Shown here: one piece after another, positions 26,191-35,092 of the stretch
Layout: each line of letters starts with the position of its first letter
Numbering within the stretch: position 1 is the stretch's first letter
From: Patescibacteria group bacterium
GTDB lineage: Bacteria > Patescibacteriota > Patescibacteriia > Patescibacteriales > JBAZCA01
Direction: 5' to 3'
Assembly: GCA_041671125.1 (NCBI GenBank)
Contig: JBAZCA010000003.1
Location: 689 to 64,688, forward strand
DNA length: 64,000 bases
The notes under the pieces: generated by a model
What the model saw: only the letters and a program-made list of their open reading frames with translations
What the model was told of the DNA's origin: nothing
Databases searched by the model: none
Program-made: the position numbers and the translations under genes

Positions 26191-27111
26191 CTAGACATTC
26201 ATCCCCCGAAGCGCCGCGATTCTTTCCTCTACCGGCGGGTGGGTCATGAAAGCTTTGGCAAAAAATCCGGTTTTCTTCCGTCCGATCGCGTCGGATTTAA
26301 AGGGCGAAACAATATAAAGGTGGGCGGTCGCCCGGTTGGCGGCTTCCAGCGGTTCCCGGTCAGAGGAAATTTTTTCTAAAGCCCGGGCGAGTCCTTCGGG
26401 ATAGCGGGTTAAGAGCGCGCCGTCGGCGTCAGCGGCGAATTCGCGTTTTCGGGAAATGGCCATTTGCATGAGCATGGCAAAAATTGGCGCCAGAATGGAA
26501 AGAGCTATGGCGACAATCATGATTATGAGCTGTAATTGTCCGCCGCCGCGTTCTGAGTCCCGCCTTCTTCCGCCGAAAAAAGACCAATGCCGAAACCAGT
26601 CGGCGAGTAAAACTATCAAACCGACCATAACGGTTACGATAGTAGAAATTAAAATATCCCGGTTGCCGACATGCGATAATTCATGGGCGATCACGCCTTC
26701 CAACTCAGCCTTTTCCAGTTTCTGCAATATGCCGGTGGTAACCGCTATAACCGCGTGTTTTGGGTCGCGGCCGGTCGCAAAAGCGTTCGGCGCCGTGTCA
26801 TTAATAATATAAATTTTCGGCATTGGCAGTCCGGCGGTAATGCAAAGGTTTTCAACAATATGGTAAAGTTCCCTATTAGAATCGTGGTCAATGGGCCGGG
26901 CAGAGCTCATGGCTAAAACAATTTTATCGGAAAACCAATAGCTCGCGAACGAGGAAATCATGCTAAAACCCACGGCAATATATAAAATCGCCGAGTCGTT
27001 CATGGCCTGCGAAAAAACATAACCGACAATCATTATAAACACGAAAAACCCGGTCATTAGTAGCCAGGTTTTTCTTTTATTGGAATCGCTGTGAGTATAG
27101 AGGGTGGGCAT
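26191..27111 (-). CDS. htpX: zinc metalloprotease HtpX (M48)
   Basis: HELSHV zinc motif, four TM segments, and adjacency to lemA. Start moved to the ATG at 27111; the upstream MLCVTCPMLRV extension is encoded by a heptamer array. Confidence 0.9.
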   Translation of the reverse strand: MPTLYTHSDSNKRKTWLLMTGFFVFIMIVGYVFSQAMNDSAILYIAVGFSMISSFASYWFSDKIVLAMSSARPIDHDSNRELYHIVENLCITAGLPMPKIYIINDTAPNAFATGRDPKHAVIAVTTGILQKLEKAELEGVIAHELSHVGNRDILISTIVTVMVGLIVLLADWFRHWSFFGGRRRDSERGGGQLQLIIMIVAIALSILAPIFAMLMQMAISRKREFAADADGALLTRYPEGLARALEKISSDREPLEAANRATAHLYIVSPFKSDAIGRKKTGFFAKAFMTHPPVEERIAALRGMNV

Positions 27112-27181
27112 AACACGTAACATAGGACACGTAACACATAACAATTAATTATTTTTGTTACGTGCTATGTGTTGCGTTCAG
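27112..27181. repeat. inverted heptamer arrays (YRTAACA units) in the lemA-htpX spacer
   Basis: cataaca cgtaaca taggaca cgtaaca cataaca ... tgttacg tgctatg tgttgcg. The arms are mutually complementary. Confidence 0.7.
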
Positions 27182-27733
27182 CTAAAATTTTACCTTCACC
27201 GCTTCTTTTTCAGCCTCGTCAGCCGCGAAGAATTCTCTTACTTTGAAGCCGAGCATGTTTCCGATCAGGTTAGTCGGGAAAACCTGCAGTTTAGTATTGA
27301 AGTCCCGGACATTGCCGTTATAGAACCGGCGGGCGGCCATAATTTTATCTTCGGTATCAGTCAGTTCGCGCTGTAATTCTAAAAAGTTCTGGTTGGCTTT
27401 TAAATCCGGATAGGCTTCGGCTAAAGCGAAAATTGATTTCAAAGTCTGCGAAAGGGCGTTTTCGGCTTTAGCTTTTTCTTCGGCTCCGCCGGCGGACATG
27501 GCCGCGTTCCGGGCTTTAATTACCGAATCCAGAGTCTCGCGCTCATGCTTTGCGTAACCTTTCACGGTTTCTACCAGGTTAGGGATAAGGTCATACCTTC
27601 TTTTTAACTGGACATCAATATCCGACCAGGCTTCGTCAACGCGGACTTTTAAACGGACCAGTCCGTTATAAAGCCCGATGAGCGCGATAGCCAGAACCGC
27701 TAAGACGCCTAAGACGATAAGTGTAATTTCCAT
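27182..27733 (-). CDS. lemA: LemA family protein
   Basis: N-terminal TM helix and LYNGLVRLKVRVDEAWSDIDVQLKRRYDLIPNLVETVKGYAKHE. Confidence 0.9.
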   Translation of the reverse strand: MEITLIVLGVLAVLAIALIGLYNGLVRLKVRVDEAWSDIDVQLKRRYDLIPNLVETVKGYAKHERETLDSVIKARNAAMSAGGAEEKAKAENALSQTLKSIFALAEAYPDLKANQNFLELQRELTDTEDKIMAARRFYNGNVRDFNTKLQVFPTNLIGNMLGFKVREFFAADEAEKEAVKVKF

Positions 27734-27758
27734 AAGAGTTTAGTTCCCGGGGAACTGG

Positions 27759-28136
27759 TTATGAGTTAATATTAAAATTTTCTTCAACTCCTTCTGCATA
27801 AGCATTTACTAAGTCCGGCCTCTCGCATAATTTAGAAGCTTCAATGGCGATTTTAAACAATAATTTTTTATTTACTACCGGATTATCCAATAGTTGGCGC
27901 ACTTCAACCGCTAATTCATCCAACCTAGTAATAATGTTTTTTTCTTTCTCTGATACTTTAAAGGGAAGGCCACTGAAAGTCATATCAGGATATCTTTCGG
28001 AAAATCCACGCGGAAGACGAGGCTTGGCCTTTATGTTTCCAAGCATATCAAAAAAAGAAATATATTCATTCATATAATCTCCTCTCAATAATTTTCTACA
28101 AGCATCTACAGGATGCTCGTAAGACAGTTGCTCCAT
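27759..28136 (-). CDS. hypothetical protein (125 aa)
   Basis: Intact ORF on the same strand as the surrounding operon, with tight spacing. No recognisable motif. Confidence 0.4.
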   Translation of the reverse strand: MEQLSYEHPVDACRKLLRGDYMNEYISFFDMLGNIKAKPRLPRGFSERYPDMTFSGLPFKVSEKEKNIITRLDELAVEVRQLLDNPVVNKKLLFKIAIEASKLCERPDLVNAYAEGVEENFNINS

Positions 28137-28143
28137 ACTACAT

Positions 28144-29379
28144 CTATTTTATCCTTATATTTAACATTACCTTTTTTCCCCTCGCCTTAGTCGCGTAATA
28201 ACCGGTTAACAGTCCGGCAATCTCCAAAATATCTTCTTCACTCTTTATTTTCTCCATTTCAAGCCTCATTAAATCAAATTTTTCCGGAATTTTCATTTCT
28301 AATAAATCATTCTTAATTTGTAATTTGTAATTTGTAATTCGCATAAGCGTCGTCGGCCCCATCGTCCTTTCCAATCTTACCACGATATCCCCTTTTTTCG
28401 CCAGTCTTTCCAGTTTTTCGCTCTCAGCCTTATCCCGGCCGACTACAACTAAAACCCAATGGAAATTTATGTCGGCTTCCACTTTTACGTCTTTCAAATT
28501 CGCGCCGGTGAGCGATTTTAATGAATTCTTTAAAAATAAAGTAACTTTTGGCGTTTTTTGGCGTTTTCTCGCGGCTTCCGGCATGGCTAATTTCAGCCAA
28601 AACACCCGCCCGTGTTTTAACAATTCTACGTCTTCGGTTTTGCAATCCGGGCAATGAGTAATAATATCTAAAACTTTTTTTGACCCTTCCGGGTCGGTTA
28701 AAAGACAGCCGCCGGCGGGCGTTGGATAATCTTTAATGCCAAATTTTCCAGCCAATTTCATCTGCTCTTCTCTAGATCGGCCTTCAATATTCAGAAGCTT
28801 TTCCCGCTTTACCAGGCCTTTCTTTTCCATAGCCGTTTCCGGCAGGAGCCTCGCTGACAATGGCCGCAAAACCTCCACCCCCGCCATCCTTACCACTCTT
28901 AATAATGCTTCTTTATTTTGAGAAAACGGCCGCTGGCCAAGCACCTCGCCGGTAGCGATAAAGTCAAAAATGTCACATCCCCTCCCCGCGACGTCAGGAG
29001 TCGGGGAGGGGTTGGGGGTGGGGTGTTGCGGGAAAGACGAAGAAAGAATTTTCCGAGGAGCGGCTCCAGGTTTTAAATACTTACCAGCTTCGCGGATCAT
29101 GAGACTGTGGCAGTCTATGCAGGGATTCATGTTTTTTCCGTAACCGCAGGACGGGCATTTCACGATTGATAAAATCTTTTCCGCAAGATCCTCTTCAATC
29201 AAATTAATCTTAAGTTCCTTCGCGCTCTCCCGCGCCCGCTCGCAATTAAAAAAATTACTGGAAAAACAGATTCCAATAACTTCTATCCCCTGATTCATTA
29301 GCACTTTGGCGGCGAGCATTGAATCCAGTCCGCCGGAAAAAAGGACAAGAGCTCTCGCTTCATTTTTGCTTTTTCCCAT
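28144..29379 (-). CDS. PP-loop ATP pyrophosphatase family protein, tRNA-thiolation-like (ThiI/MnmA-related)
   Basis: SGGLDS PP-loop, NPCIDCH and ATGEVLGQRPFSQ motifs. Carries an in-frame GC palindrome (28979-29027) and a TAATTTG heptamer array (28314-28341). Confidence 0.55.
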   Translation of the reverse strand: MGKSKNEARALVLFSGGLDSMLAAKVLMNQGIEVIGICFSSNFFNCERARESAKELKINLIEEDLAEKILSIVKCPSCGYGKNMNPCIDCHSLMIREAGKYLKPGAAPRKILSSSFPQHPTPNPSPTPDVAGRGCDIFDFIATGEVLGQRPFSQNKEALLRVVRMAGVEVLRPLSARLLPETAMEKKGLVKREKLLNIEGRSREEQMKLAGKFGIKDYPTPAGGCLLTDPEGSKKVLDIITHCPDCKTEDVELLKHGRVFWLKLAMPEAARKRQKTPKVTLFLKNSLKSLTGANLKDVKVEADINFHWVLVVVGRDKAESEKLERLAKKGDIVVRLERTMGPTTLMRITNYKLQIKNDLLEMKIPEKFDLMRLEMEKIKSEEDILEIAGLLTGYYATKARGKKVMLNIRIK

Positions 29380-29467
29380 AGTTTATTTTTTTGCCGACAT
29401 TTATTTATTTTATCGGAATACTAGCTTCAGACGCTAAGGCTTAACAATTATTTCATTAAACGGTTGG

Positions 29468-30994
29468 TTATCTCTTCTTTAATAACCTGCCTAACCTTTC
29501 TTTCATGCCCGGCCAAGTACTATAATATCCAAAGCCCTGGCGATTCTTAATTTTTTCGTAAACCATTGTTTGTAGTTCATCATCCTTAAAAATCAAACGG
29601 TCCACTGGATTGTGTAATTTTCCCGAAACAAACAGGCTGTAACGATCTATGTAGGAATCCAATATCACGCTAATATTTATATCTTGATTATACTTGGCTA
29701 ATTTCCATAACGCCTCTAAATATTTATTTTCCCACAGCTGTCCGGGGATCTTGTTTATTTGACTGATTAAACCTTCCGGAATTGGGCCGTAATAATTATT
29801 TTGGATTACTAGCGTAAGAGCGCGGCCCAAAAAATGGCTACGTTGAAAATTATAATCTTCACATTCCTCTAATAAATCTGTCAATTTTGTTTTTAATTTT
29901 TTTGGCAAAGACAAAAAGGGCGGACTTTTTTTAAGCTGCTCATAATTTTCTGCCTTATAAATGAGTTTTGATTCATCATAATCTTCAAAAAATTCTTTAA
30001 TTTGACCGGGTTTGAAATCTAACTTTTCCTCAACAGCATTTTTTAAAACAACCCTCTCAACCAGCATCTTCTTAAGCAATTCGCCGTAATATTCAATAAC
30101 TTTAATTAAATTGTCGCTGGTCGCTTGTTCCTCTTCCATCAATTCAAACACAATCGGCTCAATTCTTGGAAGAGTGTTGTCAAAATCAACCGCTTTTCCC
30201 GTTTTTTCATCAAAAGTCCCCCAAGTAACATCAGGAACACAAATTTGAACTCTTTGTTCATTATCAATGTTTAAAAATAAATTCCATGAATGCAACAACT
30301 CATCTTCTGAACGGGCAGGAAGATGAACGTCGTAATCCGTTCCCACCTCATAAAGACAATATGAATTTTTTACGGCTCCATCTTCAGACTGGCAAGCTTT
30401 TATCGCGTTAAAAACGGCTTTGACGCTAGAGGCAAAAGTGCGGCAAACTCCCGTGCCAATCCAATCAGGATTTTCACAATTTTCCAATCCCTTTCTCAAC
30501 ACTTCCAGCGCCGTAGAATCGTCAGTTTGAGATGCAAGGATAGTTTGACCGTTATCTAAGTCTCTCGGAGAGTCATATACTTCAAAATCGTTATATTTTG
30601 TAAGTTTGCTTACTATTCCTAGTGATAAGCCAAAAAGCTGTCTGGGAGAGAGACCATCTAATTTATCAACCGCGTAAGCATCTGCAATATTTTTGCCTTT
30701 ATTATTTAAAAAATTTCTCACAAAGTCATAAAGCTCGTCTTCCCACCCTTTCTTCTCTATCGTATTCTCAAAAACGTAGTTTTGTCTGGAACCCCAGTCC
30801 TTTTCCTGCTTAATAAATCTTTTATTTAAAATTCTATTAATCTCCTCGGGAATAAAAAATGTCTCTTTAGAACCCTGAGGATTAAAATTTTCCCATTCGG
30901 AAAATACAATCCTGGTGCCGTCTTTCAGCTCTAAATCCAATAACGGGCCTCTTTCCCTCTCTGAACTTTGCTCCCTTAAACCTTCTATGCTCAT
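29468..30994 (-). CDS. hypothetical 508-aa protein with a possible transglutaminase-like Cys-His-Asp core
   Basis: GVCRTFASSVKAVFNAIK ... HSWNLFLNID......VPDVTWG resembles the G.C..FA / H.W / D.T arrangement of transglutaminase-like cysteine proteases. Weak, by-eye call. Confidence 0.4.
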   Translation of the reverse strand: MSIEGLREQSSERERGPLLDLELKDGTRIVFSEWENFNPQGSKETFFIPEEINRILNKRFIKQEKDWGSRQNYVFENTIEKKGWEDELYDFVRNFLNNKGKNIADAYAVDKLDGLSPRQLFGLSLGIVSKLTKYNDFEVYDSPRDLDNGQTILASQTDDSTALEVLRKGLENCENPDWIGTGVCRTFASSVKAVFNAIKACQSEDGAVKNSYCLYEVGTDYDVHLPARSEDELLHSWNLFLNIDNEQRVQICVPDVTWGTFDEKTGKAVDFDNTLPRIEPIVFELMEEEQATSDNLIKVIEYYGELLKKMLVERVVLKNAVEEKLDFKPGQIKEFFEDYDESKLIYKAENYEQLKKSPPFLSLPKKLKTKLTDLLEECEDYNFQRSHFLGRALTLVIQNNYYGPIPEGLISQINKIPGQLWENKYLEALWKLAKYNQDINISVILDSYIDRYSLFVSGKLHNPVDRLIFKDDELQTMVYEKIKNRQGFGYYSTWPGMKERLGRLLKKR

Positions 30995-31027
30995 AAATAA
31001 TATCTCCGCCTAAAATAAAAAACAAAA

Positions 31028-34000
31028 CTATTTTTTTACTATCCCTAGCCAAAGCTCTTGTCCTTCCACTTTCACATTTTTTTCCGCGAGAATTGCTTCG
31101 CTCCCGCCTTCGGCCAAAGCGTCGGCCAAAGTGTCCTTTATTATTGAGTCCCTGTAATTACTTATGGCTTTTTTTATTTCTTCATCAGCAGTCGCGTAAT
31201 AAATTTCAATCCGGTCTTTAATTGTCAGTCCGGCATCTTTTCGCATGCCATTCACCAGGCGGACAATTTCGCGTTTTACGCCTTCCTGCTTTAATTCAGG
31301 GGTGATTTTCGTGTCCAGCTCCACTTCCATATTACCTTTTCCGGAGCTCACAATCACATTTTTAACATTCACCTCGTCTTTTATTAATTCAACAAACTCA
31401 TTATCAATTCGTAATTCATAATTCTTAATTTTTAATTCATTCAATGGTTGTCTGACTTTTATTCCCGCCTCATCCCTTTTCGCCAGCGCCAATTCCACGA
31501 TTTGTCTGACCGTTTCCATATCTTTTAAAATTCTGTTGTCTGTTATCTGCTGTCTGTTGTCTAATTTTGGCCACGCTTCCAAATGCACCGATTTATTCTC
31601 ATCCTTAAAATCATTCCCGGTTATTCTCTGCCAGATATTTTCCGCCGAGAACGGCATATAGGGCGCCATGACTTTTACGAGCTGTGAAAGAACATGGGCG
31701 GTAGTCTTTATAGCCGCTTCTTTGTCTTTCTCGTCATCAGATTTAAACCGATCCCTTGACCTTCTTAAATACCAGGTTGATAAATCGTCAATAAATTCGG
31801 TAATCGGCCGGGCGCCGGAAGGCAAATCGTATCTTTCCAAAGCCGCGGTTACCTCTTTGGTAAGCTGGTTAAGCCGCGTCAGTATCCATTCATCCAAAAT
31901 ATTTTTTTTCCTTTCTTTAGAAACTCCCTCTCCCTGATCCGCCAGTTGGCGGAGAATAGGGGGAGGGACGGGGAGGGGGCTTGCGCCATCACCCGCAAAC
32001 ATTTCGTAAAACTTATAAACATTCCAAAGCAGGATTACGTTTTTCCGGAGCGAAGTTTGCAAATCCGTTTCCGAAAGGCTCATGTCGTCGCCGAGCATGA
32101 TAGGAGAAGACATAAAATACATTCGTAGAGCGTCGGAGCCGTATTTTTCCAGGGTCGCTTTCGGATCCGGGTAATTGCCGTAGGACTTGCTCATCTTCCG
32201 GCCGTCAGTCCCGGCGAGTACTCCGGTAGTAATAACATTTTTAAAAGCCCGGTCGCCAAACAAAGCGTTGCCAAGGACATGGAGATAATAGAACCAGCCG
32301 CGGAGCTGCCCGGTATATTCAATGATAAAATCGGCCGGGAAAAGATTTTTCCACTCATTTTTTCTTTCAAAAGGGTAGTGAAACTGCCCGAACGGCATAG
32401 CGCCGGACTCAAACCAACAATCCAAAACCTCCGGCACCCGGCGCATCAACCCGCCGCATTTATCGCAAGGAAATTCTGTTTCATCAATTCCGGGCTTATG
32501 CAAATCAGTTATTTTTTTCCCGCTTAACTTTTCCAGCTCTTCAATTGACCCGACCACTTTTATTTCCTTGCACTTATTCTCTTCCGCATTTTTGGAATTT
32601 GGAATTTGGAATTTGGAATTTCCCGTGCATTTCCAGACCGGTATGGGCGAGCCCCAGTAGCGCGAACGGGAAAGGCACCAATCCGGAGCCGATTCAAGGT
32701 TGTAGCGAAACCGGCCTTCTTTAAAATGTTCCGGCACCCAATTTATTTTTTCGTTAGTCTTAATCATCTTTTCCCGAATATCGGAAATCTTTAAGTACCA
32801 GGCTTTCTGCGCCTTATAGATCAAAGGCGTGCCGCAACGGTAGCAAAAAGGATAGCTATGGGTGTAGTCAAAAGAGGAAAATAGCCTTTCGCCCAAATCT
32901 TCAAAGACTTTTTTTCCGGCTTTGGAAAAATACTGCCCGGCCCAATCACCGGCGTTTTTCGTGTAAATCCCGTTTTCGTCCATCAAATCCACCATCGGTA
33001 AACCGGATTTTTTTCCCAGCTCAAAATCGTCCTCGCCGAAATTCGGGGCGATATGGACGATTCCGGTCCCTTCTTCGGTATTAACAAACCCGCCCGCGTA
33101 AATTTTAAACGCGTTCCTGTTTTCTTTTATTATTTCATTGCCTAAATCAAACAAAGGCTCGTATTCCAGTCCGAGTAAATCCTTGCCTTTTAATTCGGAG
33201 AGTAGCTTATATTCTTTTTCTTTAAAAATTTCTTCTGTTTTTTCCTTGGCTAAAACATATATTTCTTTACCGATCGCAACAACCTGGTAAACCACATCTT
33301 CTCCCACCGCCAGCGCTAAATTTCCCGGCAAAGTCCAAGGCGTCGTCGTCCAGGCCAGCATATAAACATCGCTGTTGACTTTTTCTTTCGGTAAATTCTT
33401 AATTCTTAATTCGTAATTCTTAATTCTAAATTTCACCACCACCGACTTTTCCCGGACATCTTTGTACGACCCGGCGTCCATGGTAATTTCAAACTTGGAC
33501 AAAGGCGTGGCGCAGCGCGGGCAATGGAGTGACGAACGGTAGCCTTCATAAATAAGGCTATCGTCATACAACTTTTTAAAAGCCCAGATAACGCTTTCCA
33601 TAAAAGAAAGATCCATGGTTTTGTAAGCGTTTCGCATGTCCACCCATCTTCCGATCCGGTTAATATACCATTCCCATTGTTCCGAGCCGACATTAACATA
33701 ATTGCGGCAGGCGGCGATGAATTTATCCACTCCGAGTTTTTCAATATCTTTTTTATTTCGGAGGCCTAGTTCCTGCTCAACTTTATTTTCGGCCGGTAAA
33801 CCGTGGCAGTCCCAGCCCCAAACCCGCTCCACCCGGTAACCTTTCATGGTCCAGTATCGCGGAACGACGTCTTTGGCAATGCTCGGCAATAACGTGGCGT
33901 AATGTGGCAGGCCGGTGATAAACGGCGGGCCATCGTAAAAAACATAATCAGGCGGATTTTTTCCCTCCTCACTAAGGAGGGGACTAAGGGGAGGTTTTGC

Positions 34001-34105
34001 TACAGATTTTTCAAAAATTTTCGCCCGATTCCAAAATTCCAAAACTTCCTCTTCCATTTTTGGAAAGGGATTTGATGAGGCTTTTTTATCTTTTTCATTA
34101 GTCAT
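31028..34105 (-). CDS. ileS: isoleucine--tRNA ligase (type 2)
   Basis: PFITGLPHYATLLP (HIGH-like), WTTTPWTLPGN and KMSKSYGN; 1025 aa. Contains at least six in-frame repeat insertions (see findings). Confidence 0.97.
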   Translation of the reverse strand: MTNEKDKKASSNPFPKMEEEVLEFWNRAKIFEKSVAKPPLSPLLSEEGKNPPDYVFYDGPPFITGLPHYATLLPSIAKDVVPRYWTMKGYRVERVWGWDCHGLPAENKVEQELGLRNKKDIEKLGVDKFIAACRNYVNVGSEQWEWYINRIGRWVDMRNAYKTMDLSFMESVIWAFKKLYDDSLIYEGYRSSLHCPRCATPLSKFEITMDAGSYKDVREKSVVVKFRIKNYELRIKNLPKEKVNSDVYMLAWTTTPWTLPGNLALAVGEDVVYQVVAIGKEIYVLAKEKTEEIFKEKEYKLLSELKGKDLLGLEYEPLFDLGNEIIKENRNAFKIYAGGFVNTEEGTGIVHIAPNFGEDDFELGKKSGLPMVDLMDENGIYTKNAGDWAGQYFSKAGKKVFEDLGERLFSSFDYTHSYPFCYRCGTPLIYKAQKAWYLKISDIREKMIKTNEKINWVPEHFKEGRFRYNLESAPDWCLSRSRYWGSPIPVWKCTGNSKFQIPNSKNAEENKCKEIKVVGSIEELEKLSGKKITDLHKPGIDETEFPCDKCGGLMRRVPEVLDCWFESGAMPFGQFHYPFERKNEWKNLFPADFIIEYTGQLRGWFYYLHVLGNALFGDRAFKNVITTGVLAGTDGRKMSKSYGNYPDPKATLEKYGSDALRMYFMSSPIMLGDDMSLSETDLQTSLRKNVILLWNVYKFYEMFAGDGASPLPVPPPILRQLADQGEGVSKERKKNILDEWILTRLNQLTKEVTAALERYDLPSGARPITEFIDDLSTWYLRRSRDRFKSDDEKDKEAAIKTTAHVLSQLVKVMAPYMPFSAENIWQRITGNDFKDENKSVHLEAWPKLDNRQQITDNRILKDMETVRQIVELALAKRDEAGIKVRQPLNELKIKNYELRIDNEFVELIKDEVNVKNVIVSSGKGNMEVELDTKITPELKQEGVKREIVRLVNGMRKDAGLTIKDRIEIYYATADEEIKKAISNYRDSIIKDTLADALAEGGSEAILAEKNVKVEGQELWLGIVKK

Positions 34106-34137
34106 AAATGACGGTAATTTACTGAATTATATGATTT

Positions 34138-34166
34138 ATTCTATTCTAAAATTAGCTGAATGTCAA
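34138..34166 (-). promoter_or_regulatory. putative sigma70-type promoter of ileS
   Basis: On the minus strand: TTGACA (34166-34161), 17-nt spacer, TAGAAT (34143-34138). About 30 nt upstream of the ATG. Confidence 0.5.
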
Positions 34167-34430
34167 AATTATCAGCCATTTTCGCTAGACCTTATTAATG
34201 CGACGCGCTAGCCATCGGTATGCGACGCGCTAAATTTGACATAACGCAACTGTGCTTAAATCAAGGGTCGTTTAACGACCCTATTTTGATTGGTTTCCAA
34301 TCAGGAATAGTAGTTATTATTCCATAAAAATCGCCGGAAACAAACTCTTTAAAAACCGGAAAACTCACACAAGCCAGAAGATTTTCCCCTCCCTGGAGCG
34401 AAGCGATTGGGGAGGGGTTAGGGGGCTCCG

Positions 34431-34472
34431 CCAAAAAACAAAAGCGCGTCCACTATTTTGCGGATGCGCTTT
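34431..34472 (-). terminator. intrinsic terminator downstream of pilin paralogue A
   Basis: aagcgcgtcc / ggatgcgctt imperfect stem, followed on the minus strand by TTTTGTTTTTT. Confidence 0.55.
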
Positions 34473-34496
34473 TTTCTTGGGATTGTTTTAAAAAAT

Positions 34497-34913
34497 TTAC
34501 GGCGACCCGCCAGGTCCTCCCGTTCCTCCCCACGGTAAAACTGTGAAGACAAAATAGGTGATGGCATAGGCGGCGATTATTATAATAAGGCCGATGACAG
34601 CGTGGCGGATCTGATCCAGGGATTCTTTGGTTTTCTGCTCGTCGCCGCGGGCGTTCATATATTTCCAGCCGGCTAAAATTATGAGAATAATAAAAATGAT
34701 CCCCAATAGAGCCATGAAACCCATAATCACCGCCGTAATAATGGAACCAATGGAAACTGTATCGCCGAAACCGGCGCCTGTTTTTAGGGGGTCGGTTTGG
34801 GACGTAATCGCCGACTTACCCGTATCGCTTAAAAGTCCGGCTCGACAAAAAGACGGCGTTAAAATTAACACCGAAGCCGCCATATAAATAATCTTAAGCA
34901 AATTTTTCCGCAT
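34497..34913 (-). CDS. VirB2/TrbC-like (T4SS-pilin-like) small membrane protein, paralogue A
   Basis: Signal peptide plus two-helix core LLGIIFIILIILAGWKYMNARGDEQKTKESLDQIRHAVIGLIIIIAAYAITYF. Confidence 0.65.
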   Translation of the reverse strand: MRKNLLKIIYMAASVLILTPSFCRAGLLSDTGKSAITSQTDPLKTGAGFGDTVSIGSIITAVIMGFMALLGIIFIILIILAGWKYMNARGDEQKTKESLDQIRHAVIGLIIIIAAYAITYFVFTVLPWGGTGGPGGSP

Positions 34914-34942
34914 ATCACATTAAACCTAAGCGCTTAACAAAC

Positions 34943-35081
34943 CCTCACCCCCGGCCCCTCTCCCGCTCCTAATCGTCGCGGTAAAGGGGAGCTGAAATAA
35001 TAAGGGTATTTTTTATTAAATTCATTCCTCTGGCTCCCCTCTCTATTAACATCAGTTAATGGAGAGGGGTTGGGGGTGAGG
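34943..35081. repeat. about 140-nt GC-armed structured element between pilin paralogues A and B
   Basis: Outer arms cctcacccccggcccctctcc / ggagaggggttgggggtgagg differ only by G.T-type mismatches. An inner 15-bp hairpin, cccctctctattaac/gttaatggagagggg, competes for the same right arm. Confidence 0.6.
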
Positions 35082-35092
35082 CAAACCCCATT

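Noticed and set aside
26191-27144. Long N-terminal extensions proposed by the ORF track for htpX (27144), folD (48803), clpP (62405), glyA (50183), proB (57678), ruvA (22333), the M18 aminopeptidase (25158), recQ (47838), pyrH (44887), P2 (5444) and P5 (8452)
   Set aside because: The extensions are encoded by heptamer arrays, the tRNA trailer or upstream genes. They lack similarity to the conserved N-termini of these families. Internal ATGs reproduce canonical N-termini and remove the gene overlaps.
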